In this document: one piece after another, positions 1 to 12,309 of the stretch
Position numbering within the stretch: the stretch's first letter is position 1
Layout of the letters: each line of letters begins with the position of its first letter
DNA from: Octopus sinensis
Taxonomy: Eukaryota
Assembly (NCBI RefSeq): GCF_006345805.1
Contig: NW_021833811.1
Location: 1-54,167, forward strand
Direction: 5' to 3'
Length of the DNA stretch: 54,167 bases
The notes under the pieces: generated by a model
What the model was told of the DNA's origin: nothing
Databases searched by the model: none
The model's input: the letters and a program-made list of their open reading frames with translations, nothing else
Translations under genes and position numbers: made by a program

Positions 1-136
1 GCGAAACAATGTAACACAACACATTCTCCAGACATTAACTGATCCAATAAAATATTCATATACATATAAGAAATTAAAATTTAAATGCAAACCTCTCAAA
101 TGAAATGCATCCAAAGATATTTTTATTCATGCATAA

Positions 137-172
137 ATAATATATATATATATACATATCTATATATATCTA

Positions 173-226
<54 letters not shown>

Positions 227-265
227 TGCATGTATATATATATATATACATATATATGTATGTAT

Positions 266-296
<31 letters not shown>

Positions 297-393
297 TACA
301 TATGCACATGTATATATATACATACATACATATATATATTTTTTCTAGTTTCAGCTCAGAGCTGCGGCCATGCTGATGCACCGCCGTTTTGTG

Positions 394-457
<64 letters not shown>

Positions 458-572
458 CATATATATATGTGTGTTTGTGTGTGTGTGTATGTGTGTGTAT
501 GTGTATGTATGTATATATGTATGTATGTATGTATGTATGCATGTATGTGTTTGTATATGTATATATATGTAT

Positions 573-668
<96 letters not shown>
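137..668. repeat. Compound (TA)n/(TG)n/(TATG)n microsatellite
   Basis: Directly visible low-complexity repeat. The overlapping YIYI/CVCV ORFs are artefacts. Confidence 0.97.
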
Positions 669-669
<1 letters not shown>

Positions 670-689
670 AAGAAAAAGTCAGAATTTTG

Positions 690-1990
690 GAAAAAAAATT
701 CTTTTATTTCGTTCCTCTCTCTCTCGAACTTGTCAAATACAATTTTGTGAATGTCCAAACAGCTTGTTCATTTATATAAAACAGATATTTTGGGGGTTTT
801 GTTTAGAAGAGAATAGTGTTTTTGTTTTTTGGGGGGGATAGGTGAGGTTCTTTGATGATTGCTTCCTCTTCTGGGACAAATCGAATGAAGATCTGACTAT
901 ATTTAACTATATACTGAACACACTTCACCCATCCATCAAATTCACGACAGAATCCAGTTGCAATGAACTACCATTCCTGGATATCCACATAAAAATACAG
1001 AACTTCACAGTCACAGCAGATATATATTTTAGAAAAAATCTGACACACACCAATATTTAATTTCTACTCTTGCCATCCTTCGCACATCAAAAGGAACATC
1101 CCATAGAGCATGGCATCCCATAGAGCATCTGTGCTATAGTATCTGGCCCCAAAATACGTGAAATCCGACTCAACGAACTCAAAATCTTCCTCACAATGCA
1201 TAAATACCTCTTAGGATTATTAATGAGGCAATTAAAAAGGCGATGAAACTGAACATCACCCAACTACGGAAACCTAAGGAAAAAGTTAATGAAAACACGA
1301 TTCCGTTCATTAACACTCACATTCCTGGAATAACTAACATCTTTTACACCATAAAATCGAACTTACCTATACTCCTACAAAGCCCCAAAATGAAAACTCT
1401 GATTGAAAAAACACCTTACGGAATAGCAGACGCCAACCAAAAAATCTTAAAACACACCTCACAAGGGCAAAATTCAAATCAGAGAATGAATCAGAATTCT
1501 TAGTAAAAGAATGTGGAGATAGGAGATGTGGAGATAGGAGATGTGGAACATGCAACAACATCAACAACTTCTAATACTTGGAAGGTGGTTCCCACATAAA
1601 ATTCGAGAGTGGATTTCTTTTCAAAATAAATGCAGATATGAACTGCAAAGCACAAAACTTCATATACTGCATAACCTGTTCAAACTGCAAGGAAAATTAC
1701 ATTGGCGAAACAAATAATTTCCTCTGCCAACGTGCAAGAATCCACAGGCAACATATCCGACAAGAGGAATTACGCAAGATTCCATTGAGTAAGCATCTGG
1801 AAATATGCGGCGACGGAAAATTCAAAATTTTTCCCTTTTACAAATGTTCACGGAACGATCCGCAATACCGAAAAGCAATGGAAGTACATTTCATCAAAAC
1901 ATTCTCTCCAAAGTTGAATGTTTGAAAGAAAAGCAGAGACAGTAGGTTTCGTAAATGTTTTACTAATATTCTCTAACGCAAAATTATGAG
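690..1990 (+). mobile_element. Degraded Penelope-like element, 3' part (RT C-terminus + GIY-YIG endonuclease)
   Basis: RFFDDCF..LNTLHPSIKFTTE..LPFLDI (PLE RT motif C and thumb) at 842-1060. NFIYCITCSNCKENYIGET..RARIH..E.HFIKTFSPKLN (GIY-YIG) at 1578-1925. Frameshifts lie between them. Confidence 0.9.
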
Positions 1991-2187
1991 GCATGATTGG
2001 AGTTACACAGGATAAACATGGACATGTTCCCAAACATACGCACACACACTCACACACGCACACAGAAACATGCACACACACACGCACGTACACACACACA
2101 CACTTCATCAAGGAATCATATCTATGTGTAGCATTGGGATGTTCTAGCTTTACGTATATATAAGTATGTGTGTATGTGTGTATATAT

Positions 2188-4375
2188 ACTTTGATACTTT
2201 GATAGGTTTCGGCCATTATTGGCCCAGGCCATGTCTAACTTAATAGCACCACCTGGTGAAGTCTTTCAAGTCAGAATTTGGGCAGTATGGCCCACTCAAG
2301 TAGAGAGTTATTGTTTACAGAGACATATCCGGTGTAGGGGGTTTATCCGGGATTTCTTGAAGGAATCTGTCCAAAGACTTCTTGAACCCTATAGGGTCAG
2401 TTTCTGTTTTAATGTGTTTTGGTGTAATGTTAAAGAGAGCGGGGCCAATTGAGGTGAAATAATTGTGCCGTATTGTTGTTATGAGATGAGAGTGCGATTT
2501 TTGTTTTGGGCGGATGGCACGGGGCCCAAGCCTTGGATGTACCTTAAAGGTGATGCCAACATCATTTGGGCAATGCTGATGGAATATTTTCCACATCATT
2601 CAGATGATGTAGCGCTCACGACGACGTTGGAGAGAATAGAGTTTTAGCTTTTCTAGTCGACCCCAATAGTCGAGGCCTGTCATGCCATCTATCTTTTTTG
2701 TGATTGCCCTTTGAGGTGCTTCAAATTTTATGGTACTTTGTTTTGTGTGGGGAGACCACAGTGGACAACAGTATTCAAGGTGGGGTCGGGCAAAAGTGGA
2801 GAAGAGAAGGATAATGGTGTGGATATCTCTCGACTGGAAAGTTCTGAGAATCCAGGAACACATTCTGCGGGCCATGTCAACTTTGGTGTTTATATGAGTG
2901 GCCCAGCTTATGTTGTCCACAATTACTCCCAAGTCTCTGATGTTGTTGGATGCCACGAGAGTTTCACCTGAAGGAAGGGAGTATGGGAGTTTCAGGGCAT
3001 CCTCTTTTCCAAAGTGGATTAACTCAAATTTATCCTCGTTCAGCAGCATATTGTTTTTTTTCTGCCCATTGGATAACAGCCAGTAGATCTGACTGAAGGC
3101 ATGTCCGGTCACTCGCCTCATTTATGACCTTCTGTAGCTTGGAATCATCTGCAAAGATTTTTATGTTGCTGTGCTTGATGATGTCATTAATGTCATTAAT
3201 GTAGATGATGAAAAGAAGTGGGCCCAGCACAGTGCCTTGCGGAACGCCACTACTGACTTTGGCTGGGCTTGATTTTACCCCTTCAACTACAACATGTTGA
3301 GATCTGTCTGTCAGGAAACACTTGATCCATTTCAGTAACTTTCCAGAGACACCAATGCTGGATAGTTTTTTCAATAGGATCTTGTGATCAATCCTGTCGA
3401 AGGCCTTACTGAAATCAAGGTAGATGACATCGGTGTTGGAGCCCTCTCCCAAAGCTCTCAAAATGTCATCAAAGTGATGCAGGAGCTGCGTTAGGCAGTC
3501 CCTTCCATTACGGAACCCATGTTGGTTAGAGATCAGCCGTCTGTTGCTTTCCAGAAATTGGGTTATTCGAGATCTCACCACCCTCTCAAATACCTTGATG
3601 ATATGAGAGGTGAGTGAGATCGGACGGTAGTTCACTGCAAGGGACTTGTTTCCTTTTTGAAAACTGGGACAACAGACTGGGACAGAAGGTTTTTGGAATA
3701 TAGCCAGCATCCAGTGAGTTTCTCCACAGATTAGCAAGGGGAGATGCAAGTTGGTGTCGACACACCTTCAGGACACAAGCAGGGAACCTATCGGGGCCTA
3801 CTGCTGAATTGTGTTTTATTTCGTTTATCGCCGCTAAGACATCAGGGGCACTAAACGTTATGTCCGATATAGTGTGTTGGGGGGTGACATCACTGATACA
3901 GCCCAGATCGGCCATATCAGGATTGCTGAAAACAGAGCAGTATTGTTTCTGCAGTATCTCGGCCATGGATTTGGCATTATCTTGGAGAGTGCCAGTTTCA
4001 TCAATTAGAGGGCCAACAATGGAGACAGTGACCCTGCGTTTCCTCGCAAATGAAAAGAACACTTTGGGGTTGAGTTTGATTTTTTCAATGGCCCACTTCT
4101 CCTCAGCTGATCTTTGGTTATTGATGAGGGTCTTCATGCATTGTTGGAGGTTATATTTTTTGGATTCAAGCAGTGCGATAGCCGTCGAATGTGTGTGTTG
4201 CTGTTGGCAGTACTTTAGTTTGTTAATTTTTTTGTTTGTTCTTTTTATTTTTCTGATAATAGTTTTTTCTGTTTTGGGGGATTCTGCACTTTTTGTTCAC
4301 AGGTCTTGGTGGGGAGTGTTTTGCACATATATATTCGTTTTATTTTATTTACTGATTGATTTTTCAAATTGTTAA
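2188..4375 (-). mobile_element. CR1-like non-LTR retrotransposon (family CR1-A), 5'-truncated, with internal deletions and frameshifts
   Basis: RT motifs NYRPISLTSH, QHGFR, YLDFSKAFD, GVPQGTVLGPLLF, IFADDSK. C-terminal RPHLEYCCPLWSP and YSLQRRRERY. The 3' end is a GGCC hairpin plus (ATCAAAGT)x2 abutting (TA)n. Confidence 0.9.
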
Positions 4376-5029
4376 TTTGCAAATATTATACTAATGTATT
4401 TTCATGCAGAACTAAGCCTTATCAAAACATTCCCTCCAAAAATGAATGTTTGGAATGGGTATATTCTAAATATAACACAAAGAGGAGAAAAAGAAAGAAA
4501 GGAGGAATAAAGAAGAGGATAAGAAAGAAAGCAAAAAAGACTTTCAGTGATGACCAAACCACACCTGTTTTTATTTTAAATTTTTATTTATTTTTTTAAG
4601 ACGTCACCATCCTTAAATTCTTTCCAATACAATGGTAAAAGGAAAACTAATTAAATAAATGAATGAATGGTGAATAGGAAGGTGGATACCCCTTCTCTCT
4701 CTCTTACCTTCTACTCATCTATCTATCTATCTATCTATCTATCTGACTATCTATATAACTAACTATATATCTATATATCTATCAATCTATCTATCAGCCT
4801 ATCTACCTACCTATATTTCTATCTATCCATCTCCATTGTCTTGGAACCTCACCCAAAAACAAAAACAATGTTCTCTTCTAAACAAAACCCAAAAAAACAT
4901 CTGTTTTATATAAATGAACAAGCTGTTTGTACATTCACAAAATTGTATTTGACAAGTTCTAGAGAAGAACGAAAGCGTTAATAATAATGAAGAAATAAAA
5001 GGATCTTTTTCCAAAATTCTGGCGATTTT

Positions 5030-5275
5030 TTTTCTCGATATTCAATTCAGTACATCACACCTGACACTCTATACATGTCCGGCATTCGCCATGATAGATC
5101 TCTAGCCACTACACATTCTATATTTTCTCTCCCTGTTCATTTCTGTGTTCCTTTCTGTCGAAGAGCGTAGGCTCGAAACGTTAAAGACTTTTTCACTTCC
5201 AGACCGTTATACTAATACATCTGTTTTTTGTCTACACCACCTGTCTTCGTCTTTTGTTTTTTTGTGAACTCTCCC
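5030..5275 (+). mobile_element. Probable Penelope-like element terminal segment carrying a minimal hammerhead-like motif
   Basis: Contains ctgtcgaagagcgtaggctcgaaacgttaaag. It lies next to an inverted copy (4860-5015) of the PLE-associated sequence at 690-830. Confidence 0.5.
5151..5186 (+). ncRNA. Minimal type-I hammerhead-like motif with a variant core
   Basis: CTTT-CTGTCGA-A-GAGC[GTAG]GCTC-GAAA-CG-TT-AAAG. Stem I CUUU/AAAG, perfect stem II, palindromic ACGU in place of stem III. A6 of the core is replaced by U. Confidence 0.45.
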
Positions 5276-5295
5276 TCATATATATATATATATAG

Positions 5296-5345
<50 letters not shown>

Positions 5346-5361
5346 AGAGAGAGAGATAGAG

Positions 5362-5412
<51 letters not shown>

Positions 5413-5487
5413 CAGATAAATGTAGTTTAACGCAGGTATAATTCAAATACTTTTACTTCCGACACATGTTAACAAGGAAATACACAC

Positions 5488-5567
<80 letters not shown>

Positions 5568-5569
5568 CA

Positions 5570-6155
5570 ATTAAGGACAACTTCTTAATAAGGAAAACTT
5601 AACAAGAAATTATCGGGTAGATAGCGTGAAAGACCTCATAAGAGAAAAAATTTCGAAAATAATTATTTCTTATTGAACATATTAATTTATATATAGAGGG
5701 CATTATTATACATACATGCCACACGCTAAGAGGGACAAAATTAGTCATTTCTACCAAAAATTTTACTAATCCCACCGAATGCAATTTTCAAAGTAAGACA
5801 TTTAAAAATATGGACTTGTATCACCTGTGATTTCATACCTCTGTATTCATCAGCAAGCCTGGACGTATCATAAATAAACGACCCTACCTCGTCTAAGCCG
5901 AGCAGCTAACTGATCAACATCAACGAAGCACATGGGTGAGTTTACATATATTACATCCGGTAAATGGCAGACTTTTACGAATTGCATTTTGTCCCTCTTA
6001 GCGTGTGGCATGTATGTATAATAATGCCTCTATATATAAATAATATGTTCAATAAGAAAGAATTATTTTCGAAATTTTTTCTCTTATGAGGTCTTTCACG
6101 CTATCTACCCGATAATTTCTTGTTAAGTTTTCCTTATTAAGAAGTTGTCCTTAAT
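5570..6155. repeat. Foldback element: ~170-bp near-perfect inverted arms (5570-5741 / 5986-6155) around a ~245-bp spacer
   Basis: The reverse complement of 5986-6155 matches 5570-5741 with only a few substitutions or indels. Flanked by (TA)n. Confidence 0.93.
5813..5859 (-). ncRNA. Type-I hammerhead ribozyme
   Basis: Minus strand: GGCUUG-CUGAUGA-AUAC[AGAG]GUAU-GAAA-UCA[CAGG]UGA-UA-CAAGUC. All core nucleotides are present and three stems pair (stem I 6 bp with one GU). Predicted cleavage after AUA, between 5819 and 5818. Confidence 0.85.
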
Positions 6156-6169
6156 ATAATAATGCCCTC

Positions 6170-6208
<39 letters not shown>

Positions 6209-6229
6209 ATAATGTTAATGTGATGCCGT

Positions 6230-8612
6230 CAATGATCTCGGATCACAACATAATAGACCTGTCTATGTATGGACCAAAAGCCCCCGTAGACACACAGCCT
6301 ATACGAAGCATCCACCATATCTCGCCAACTTTCATAAAGCAAACTAGAAGTTGATTGAGAAAGAGATCCTCAAACAGGATTGGCCTAAATGTCTCTCCAC
6401 ACCGGACATTAACATGAAACACAAACACTTCATGTCCATAATACAACCCATATGTGACAAATATGTCCCAGTGTGCAGGGCCAGCACACACAAAAACAAA
6501 AACAAAAACAGGATCCCTAGAGAAAGGAAGATTCTTATGAGACGACGGACAAGGATTGCGAACCGCCTGAGCAAGCACACCAAATGTGGTGAGAAGTCTC
6601 GGCTTGAGAGAATGCTAATGGAAATTGAGAAAAGTCTGCATCAGTCCCATGAAAAGGAGAGAGCAGATAAAGAAGCTTGGGTAATAGAAAATATAAAATC
6701 AAACCCTAAAGCTTTCTTTAAGTTTGCCAAAGAAACAGCCACAGTGCACCAGAGAATAGGACCTCTCTTCCAAAAAGATGGCTCTCTCACAGGAAATCCC
6801 ACGAGGATAAGTGAAATACTGAACGAACAATTCCAAAGTGTGTTCACTACACCTCTAGGACACAGGCAAGTAAACAACCCAGAAGAATTCTTTGCCACTT
6901 TACCTGCGGCCAAAGAGGCAAAAATTGAGTACATCAACATCGAAGATGATGATATCACACTAGCCATAGATGAGATTGACACAAACTCAGCTGCTGGACC
7001 TGATGGATTCCCAGCGATCCTTCTCAAATCGTGCAAACGAGCCCTTGCAAAACCGCTACAGCTTCTTTTTCAGAGCTTTCTTGCAAGTGGTAAGCTCCCA
7101 GTCAAATTGAAAGAGGGGGTAATATGCCCTATCCATAAGGGAGGTAGCAGAGCAGATGCTAAAAATTATAGGCCTATCTCTCTGACCTCACACATCAGCA
7201 AAGTCATGGAACGAATAGTCCGTAAGTAACTAATCATGTTCCTTGAAAAAAATGACTTGCTGTCTGACACCCAGCATGGATTTCGACCAGGTAGAAGCTG
7301 CTATGACTGGGTGTTGAAACAGCTACTAAATAGCTCAAATGTGGATGTAATATATCTCGACTTTGCAAAAGCCTTTGATAAAGGAGACCATGGTATGATC
7401 TGTCACAAACTGCGTGGTCTCGGCATAGGCGGAAAACTTGGAGAGTGGCTGCACAACTTCCTAAAAGACAGAAAACAGGCAGTTGTGAGCAATGGAGCTA
7501 CTCCAAGGAAACGCAAATAACAAGCAGTGTCCCACAGGGCACTGTCTTGGGGCTACTGATGTTCATAGTGGCCCTTTCAGACATGCCTTCAGTTGCTACG
7601 ATGGCCACCCTTGCTAGCTATGCAGATGACACAAAAGTCTCCCACACAATACAAAGCCCTGACAATATTGCGCATCTGCAACAGGAGTTGGACACAATAT
7701 ACAGGTGGGCTGAGGACAACAACATGCAGTTTAATGCAGGTAAGTTCCAGGCCCTGCGCTACCGGCACACAAAGGTAAACGATGTGCAGACTGGATACAC
7801 TGGTCCAGGAAGAATTGCAATCCCTGAGTCAAAATCAGTGCGTGACCTGGGCATTGACATGAGCAATGATGCATCTTTCCAAGTGCATATTACTAATCTG
7901 GTGATAAAATGCAGACGGCTAGCTGGATGGATTCTCCGAACTTTCAGAACAAGAGAGAAGGAGACACTGATGGTCCTATGGAAAACATTCGTCCTCATCC
8001 GCTTGGACTACTGCTCCCAACTATGGTCGCCACACAATATAAAACTAACAGCAGAACTCGAGGCAGTTCAGAGAAGCTACACAAAGAAAATCTTCTCAGT
8101 GCAAAATATCAGCTACTGGGAAAGACTGAAAGTATTAAACCTCTTCTCCCTAGAGCGGAGGCGGTAGAGATATGCGGTGATATACATCTGGAAAATCCTG
8201 GAGGGTCTTGTCCCAAACTTTGGCATTCAAAGTTACCCCAACCGCAGTACGGGGCGCCACTGCATGGTGCCAAGGATTCCAACATCACCATCAAAATACA
8301 GGTCCAGATACTGCAACAGCTTGGGTTTCATCGGACCACAGCTCTTTAACATCCTCCCTAAATGCCTGAGAGACTTACATGGTGTGGATATGGGTTTCTT
8401 TAAAACTACACTGGATCTCTTCTTGTCGGGAGTCCCAGATGAACCTACCTCACGACAGGAGACGCAGATGCGGGCAGCAGCATCGAACTCCATTGTTGAT
8501 CAAGTGCTACGTATCAGAGGTGGATTCACATATTAGTGTAGCTCATTCAGCGGTGATGCCCCAGCATGGCCGCGGCCTTCGGGCTAAAACATTTTTAAGG
8601 ATTTAAGGATTT
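6230..8612 (+). mobile_element. CR1-like non-LTR retrotransposon (family CR1-B), 5'-truncated, with stops and frameshifts
   Basis: SAAGPDGF, KNYRPISLTSHISKVMER, QHGFRPGRSC, YLDFAKAFD, VPQGTVLG, YADDTK, LDYCSQLWSP. The 3' end is a hairpin (gccttcgggc) plus (TTTAAGGA)x2 running into (TA)n. Confidence 0.92.
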
Positions 8613-8628
8613 ATATATATATATATAT

Positions 8629-9218
8629 TGAATACTGTTGTCCACTGTGGTCTCCCCACACAATACAAGGTATCATAAAAGTTGAAGCACCTCAAAGGGC
8701 AATCACAAAAAAGATAGATGGCATGACAGGCCTCGACTATTGGGGTCGACTGGAAAGGCTAAAACTCTATTCTCTCCAACGTCGTCGTGAGCGCTACATC
8801 ATCTGCATGATGTGGAAAATATTCCATCAGCATTGCCCAAATGATGTTGGCATCACCTTTAAGGTACATCCAAGGCTTGGGCCCCGTGCCATCCGCCCAA
8901 AACAAAAATCGCACTCTCATCTCATAACAACAATACGGCACAATTATTTCACCTCAATTGGCCCCGCTCTCTTTAACATTACACCAAAACACATTAAAAC
9001 AGAAACTGACCCTATAGGGTTCAAGAAGTCTTTGGACAGATTCCTTCAAGAAATCCCGGGTAAACCCCCTACACCCGGATATGTCTCTGTAAACAATAAC
9101 TCTCTACTTGAGTGGGCCATACTGCCCAAATTCTGACTTGAAAGACTTCACCAGGTGGTGCTATTAAGTTAGACATGGCCTGGGCCAATAATGGCCGAAA
9201 CCTATCAAAGTATCAAAG

Positions 9219-9219
<1 letters not shown>
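8629..9219 (+). mobile_element. CR1-A 3' fragment (~590 bp)
   Basis: Near-identical to the reverse complement of 2188-2780. Same (ATCAAAGT)x2 tail; TA repeats on both sides. Confidence 0.93.
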
Positions 9220-9249
<30 letters not shown>

Positions 9250-9252
9250 CAT

Positions 9253-9460
9253 AAAAGACCCCCTTCGGTCATGAATGACCATGGGATTGCACCTAGAAAG
9301 TTACCCTCCTAGACACAAGTCCGGGCAAGGTTGTTTATGGAAGACCAGCAGTCGCCCATGCATACCAGCCTCCCCTCTCCACGCCACCAGTGTTATCCAA
9401 GGGAAAGACAAAGTCGATACAGCTTGGCACCAGTGACGTCGCAACTCATTTCTACAGCTG
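9253..9460 (-). mobile_element. 5'-truncated copy of the SINE at 13985-14322
   Basis: Near-identical to 13990-14200 (agacccccttcggtcatg..gattgcacctagaaagttaccctcc..tcatttctacagctg). Confidence 0.85.
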
Positions 9461-9629
9461 CGTACATATATATGAATGTATGTATATATAATATGTATAT
9501 ATATATTAGGGAATAATAAATATTATTCCAAATATATTTTTTTAATATTTAATTTTTTTCTATATGGTATAATTTAATTATATCATTGTTATTTCATTGT
9601 TGAATTGATAAAAGGTGGTGTTTCTCAAA

Positions 9630-9636
9630 TTTATTT

Positions 9637-9702
<66 letters not shown>

Positions 9703-9835
9703 TATATATATATGTATATATATATATATATGTAATATATATATGTATATATATATGTATATATATATAATATGTATATATATATATACATATACATATA
9801 CATATACATGCATACATACATACATATATAATATA

Positions 9836-9871
<36 letters not shown>

Positions 9872-10155
9872 TGTATGTATGTATGTATGTATGTATGCAT
9901 GTATGTATGTATGTGTGTGTGTAATATATTTATATGCATATATAAGGATAAAATCTGTATAAGATTTATCAAGTAGCCAGCGTGAAAAACAAATTTAGGA
10001 AAAAATTAATATAAAGTATATAATTTTTCTTAAATATAAATACCTTAATAAATTAAAGGCTATTACTATGAGTAACGCCTTGCATTACTTATACTAACAG
10101 CGTTTAAAATAATAATAGATAGATAAATAGATATATACATACATACATACATACA

Positions 10156-10188
<33 letters not shown>

Positions 10189-10305
10189 GCATATGTATGC
10201 ACATATATATTCATATTTAATCTATATATACACACATAAATACACAGACACACAAACACACACACAACACACACACACACACATACATACATACATATAT
10301 ATATA

Positions 10306-10372
<67 letters not shown>

Positions 10373-10390
10373 ATATACATATATATATCT
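9630..10390. repeat. Two compound TA/TATG/CA microsatellite blocks
   Basis: Directly visible. Confidence 0.95.
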
Positions 10391-10457
10391 TTTAAATTAT
10401 TTATGGTAACGTTAATGGTATGCAAATATAACTCCTTTTACCTTATGGCGGCTAACG

Positions 10458-10789
10458 TCTAATGATACTGACTTGTGATTCAGTTTTTCGAGGTTGCACC
10501 ATGGTTATACCGATTAAATGTGGGATAAATATAATAATAAGAAGGATGAAATTCAAGGATGGAATTTATAAATAGTTAATACACCGCTACGCGCGTTTCC
10601 ACAAATCACACGATTTAAACATCGGACTCCGTATCCTTGAGATTGGTACAGTATAGTCCGTATTATCCATGGGCATCCGATTGATCATCATCATTCATTC
10701 ATTTAATCAGGTGATACTACATTAGTGGATGAATTACAGAGGAACTCTGACTAAATTGGCCTTTATACTGGCAAGACAGGATGAACATA
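10458..10789. repeat. Duplicated block, paralogous to 46144-46477
   Basis: By-eye alignment shows a single substitution (caggtgatac vs caggcgatac) over ~330 bp. Confidence 0.95.
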
Positions 10790-11329
10790 ACTCTGTTTAT
10801 TCTATGCTAGAATTATTGTTGTTGTTGTTGTTGTGGTTGTTGTTGTTATTTACAATCAAATGAATAAATACAGACGTTGGATAATTTTGTTGGTCATTCT
10901 CTCATTTGATAGTTAGCCCCAACAGCCATTTCCCTGCCGTATTCTGGAGATATTCTATTGTTTGTAAAATTATGTTTCATCTGATAATTACGGTTTTTTT
11001 AAAATCATTGCTTAAAATATGCGTAAGAAGCAGCTGTAATGAGCTGACAATTATTCATCATCTCTTATTATTCATTTGATTATAATATACCAAGGGGATT
11101 TACGACTTGTCGGACATCCTAAAGTAAAACAACGATGTTCACTCAACGTAACACATGCTTTGAAGCAGCTCCTAGGCGCTAAATAGTCATAGGGGTGATT
11201 TCCATAGGGAGTATCAAATCGCCTATTTGATACTTATCAAACATAGGCCGGAACAACAGCTTTATCCAACCCTGCCTAATGGTTATCTTTTCAAGTACCT
11301 GATGCTATCTGAATCATTATTTTACTATT

Positions 11330-11429
<100 letters not shown>

Positions 11430-11510
11430 TATATTATACATACATACATACATGCATGCATACATACATATGTGTGTATATACATATGTATATATATATA
11501 TGTATGTGTG

Positions 11511-11545
<35 letters not shown>

Positions 11546-11585
11546 CACACACACACACACACACCACACACACACATATATATAT

Positions 11586-11663
11586 ACTTTGATACTTTGA
11601 TACTTTGATAGGTTTCGGCCATTATTGGCCCAGGCCATGTCTAACTTAATAGCACCACCTGGT
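11586..11663 (-). mobile_element. CR1-A 3' tail only (~80 bp) with (ATCAAAGT)x3
   Basis: Identical to the terminal sequence at 2188-2265 apart from one extra octamer. Embedded in TA/CA repeats. Confidence 0.9.
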
Positions 11664-11667
11664 GTAT

Positions 11668-11710
<43 letters not shown>

Positions 11711-11749
11711 TATATTAATATATATATATATAATATATATATATACTAG

Positions 11750-12085
11750 ATGTGTTTTTGCGTGCTCTCCGTGGTGATGGCTAAATTCTTAAACAATTTA
11801 AAATATAATATATAAAATATATAATAAAACTTTTACATACAAATAACTTGAAGACAATTCCTCTGCAACATCTTGTCTGTTTTCTAAGTAGAAATGCTTG
11901 TCAAGAACGATATGTTACTTGCTTAAATCTATCTTCTTTATGAAGGAAAATCATTGTATGAACTTTTCATCGATTTATCAATATCAGATGCCCTGAATTA
12001 TTTACATTAATTATGAATATGATCTGCATTTAAATGCATTAATATATTGACGTACAACTCACTTATGATGGTATATCATTAAATG

Positions 12086-12090
<5 letters not shown>
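11750..12090. repeat. Duplicated block, paralogous to ~46630-46975
   Basis: Colinear alignment. The first half is clearly diverged; the second half (from aaggaaaatcattg) is nearly identical. Confidence 0.9.
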
Positions 12091-12153
<63 letters not shown>

Positions 12154-12250
12154 TAATACATATATATATATATCCATATATATATATATATTATATTATA
12201 TATATATATATTATATCAATACACATCCATATATATATACATATATATAT

Positions 12251-12288
<38 letters not shown>

Positions 12289-12309
12289 TATTTAACTATA
12301 TATATATAT

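Noticed and set aside
85-758. ORFs rich in YI/CV/HT/MYVC (also at 9.6-11.6, 13.8, 22.4-22.9, 29.8, 30.5, 43.2-43.5 and 46.9-48.8 kb)
   Set aside because: These are translations of stop-free microsatellite frames.
1510-1550. Short tandem repeat (gatgtggagatagga)
   Set aside because: A local slippage duplication inside the decayed PLE. Not CRISPR-like, as there are no unique spacers.
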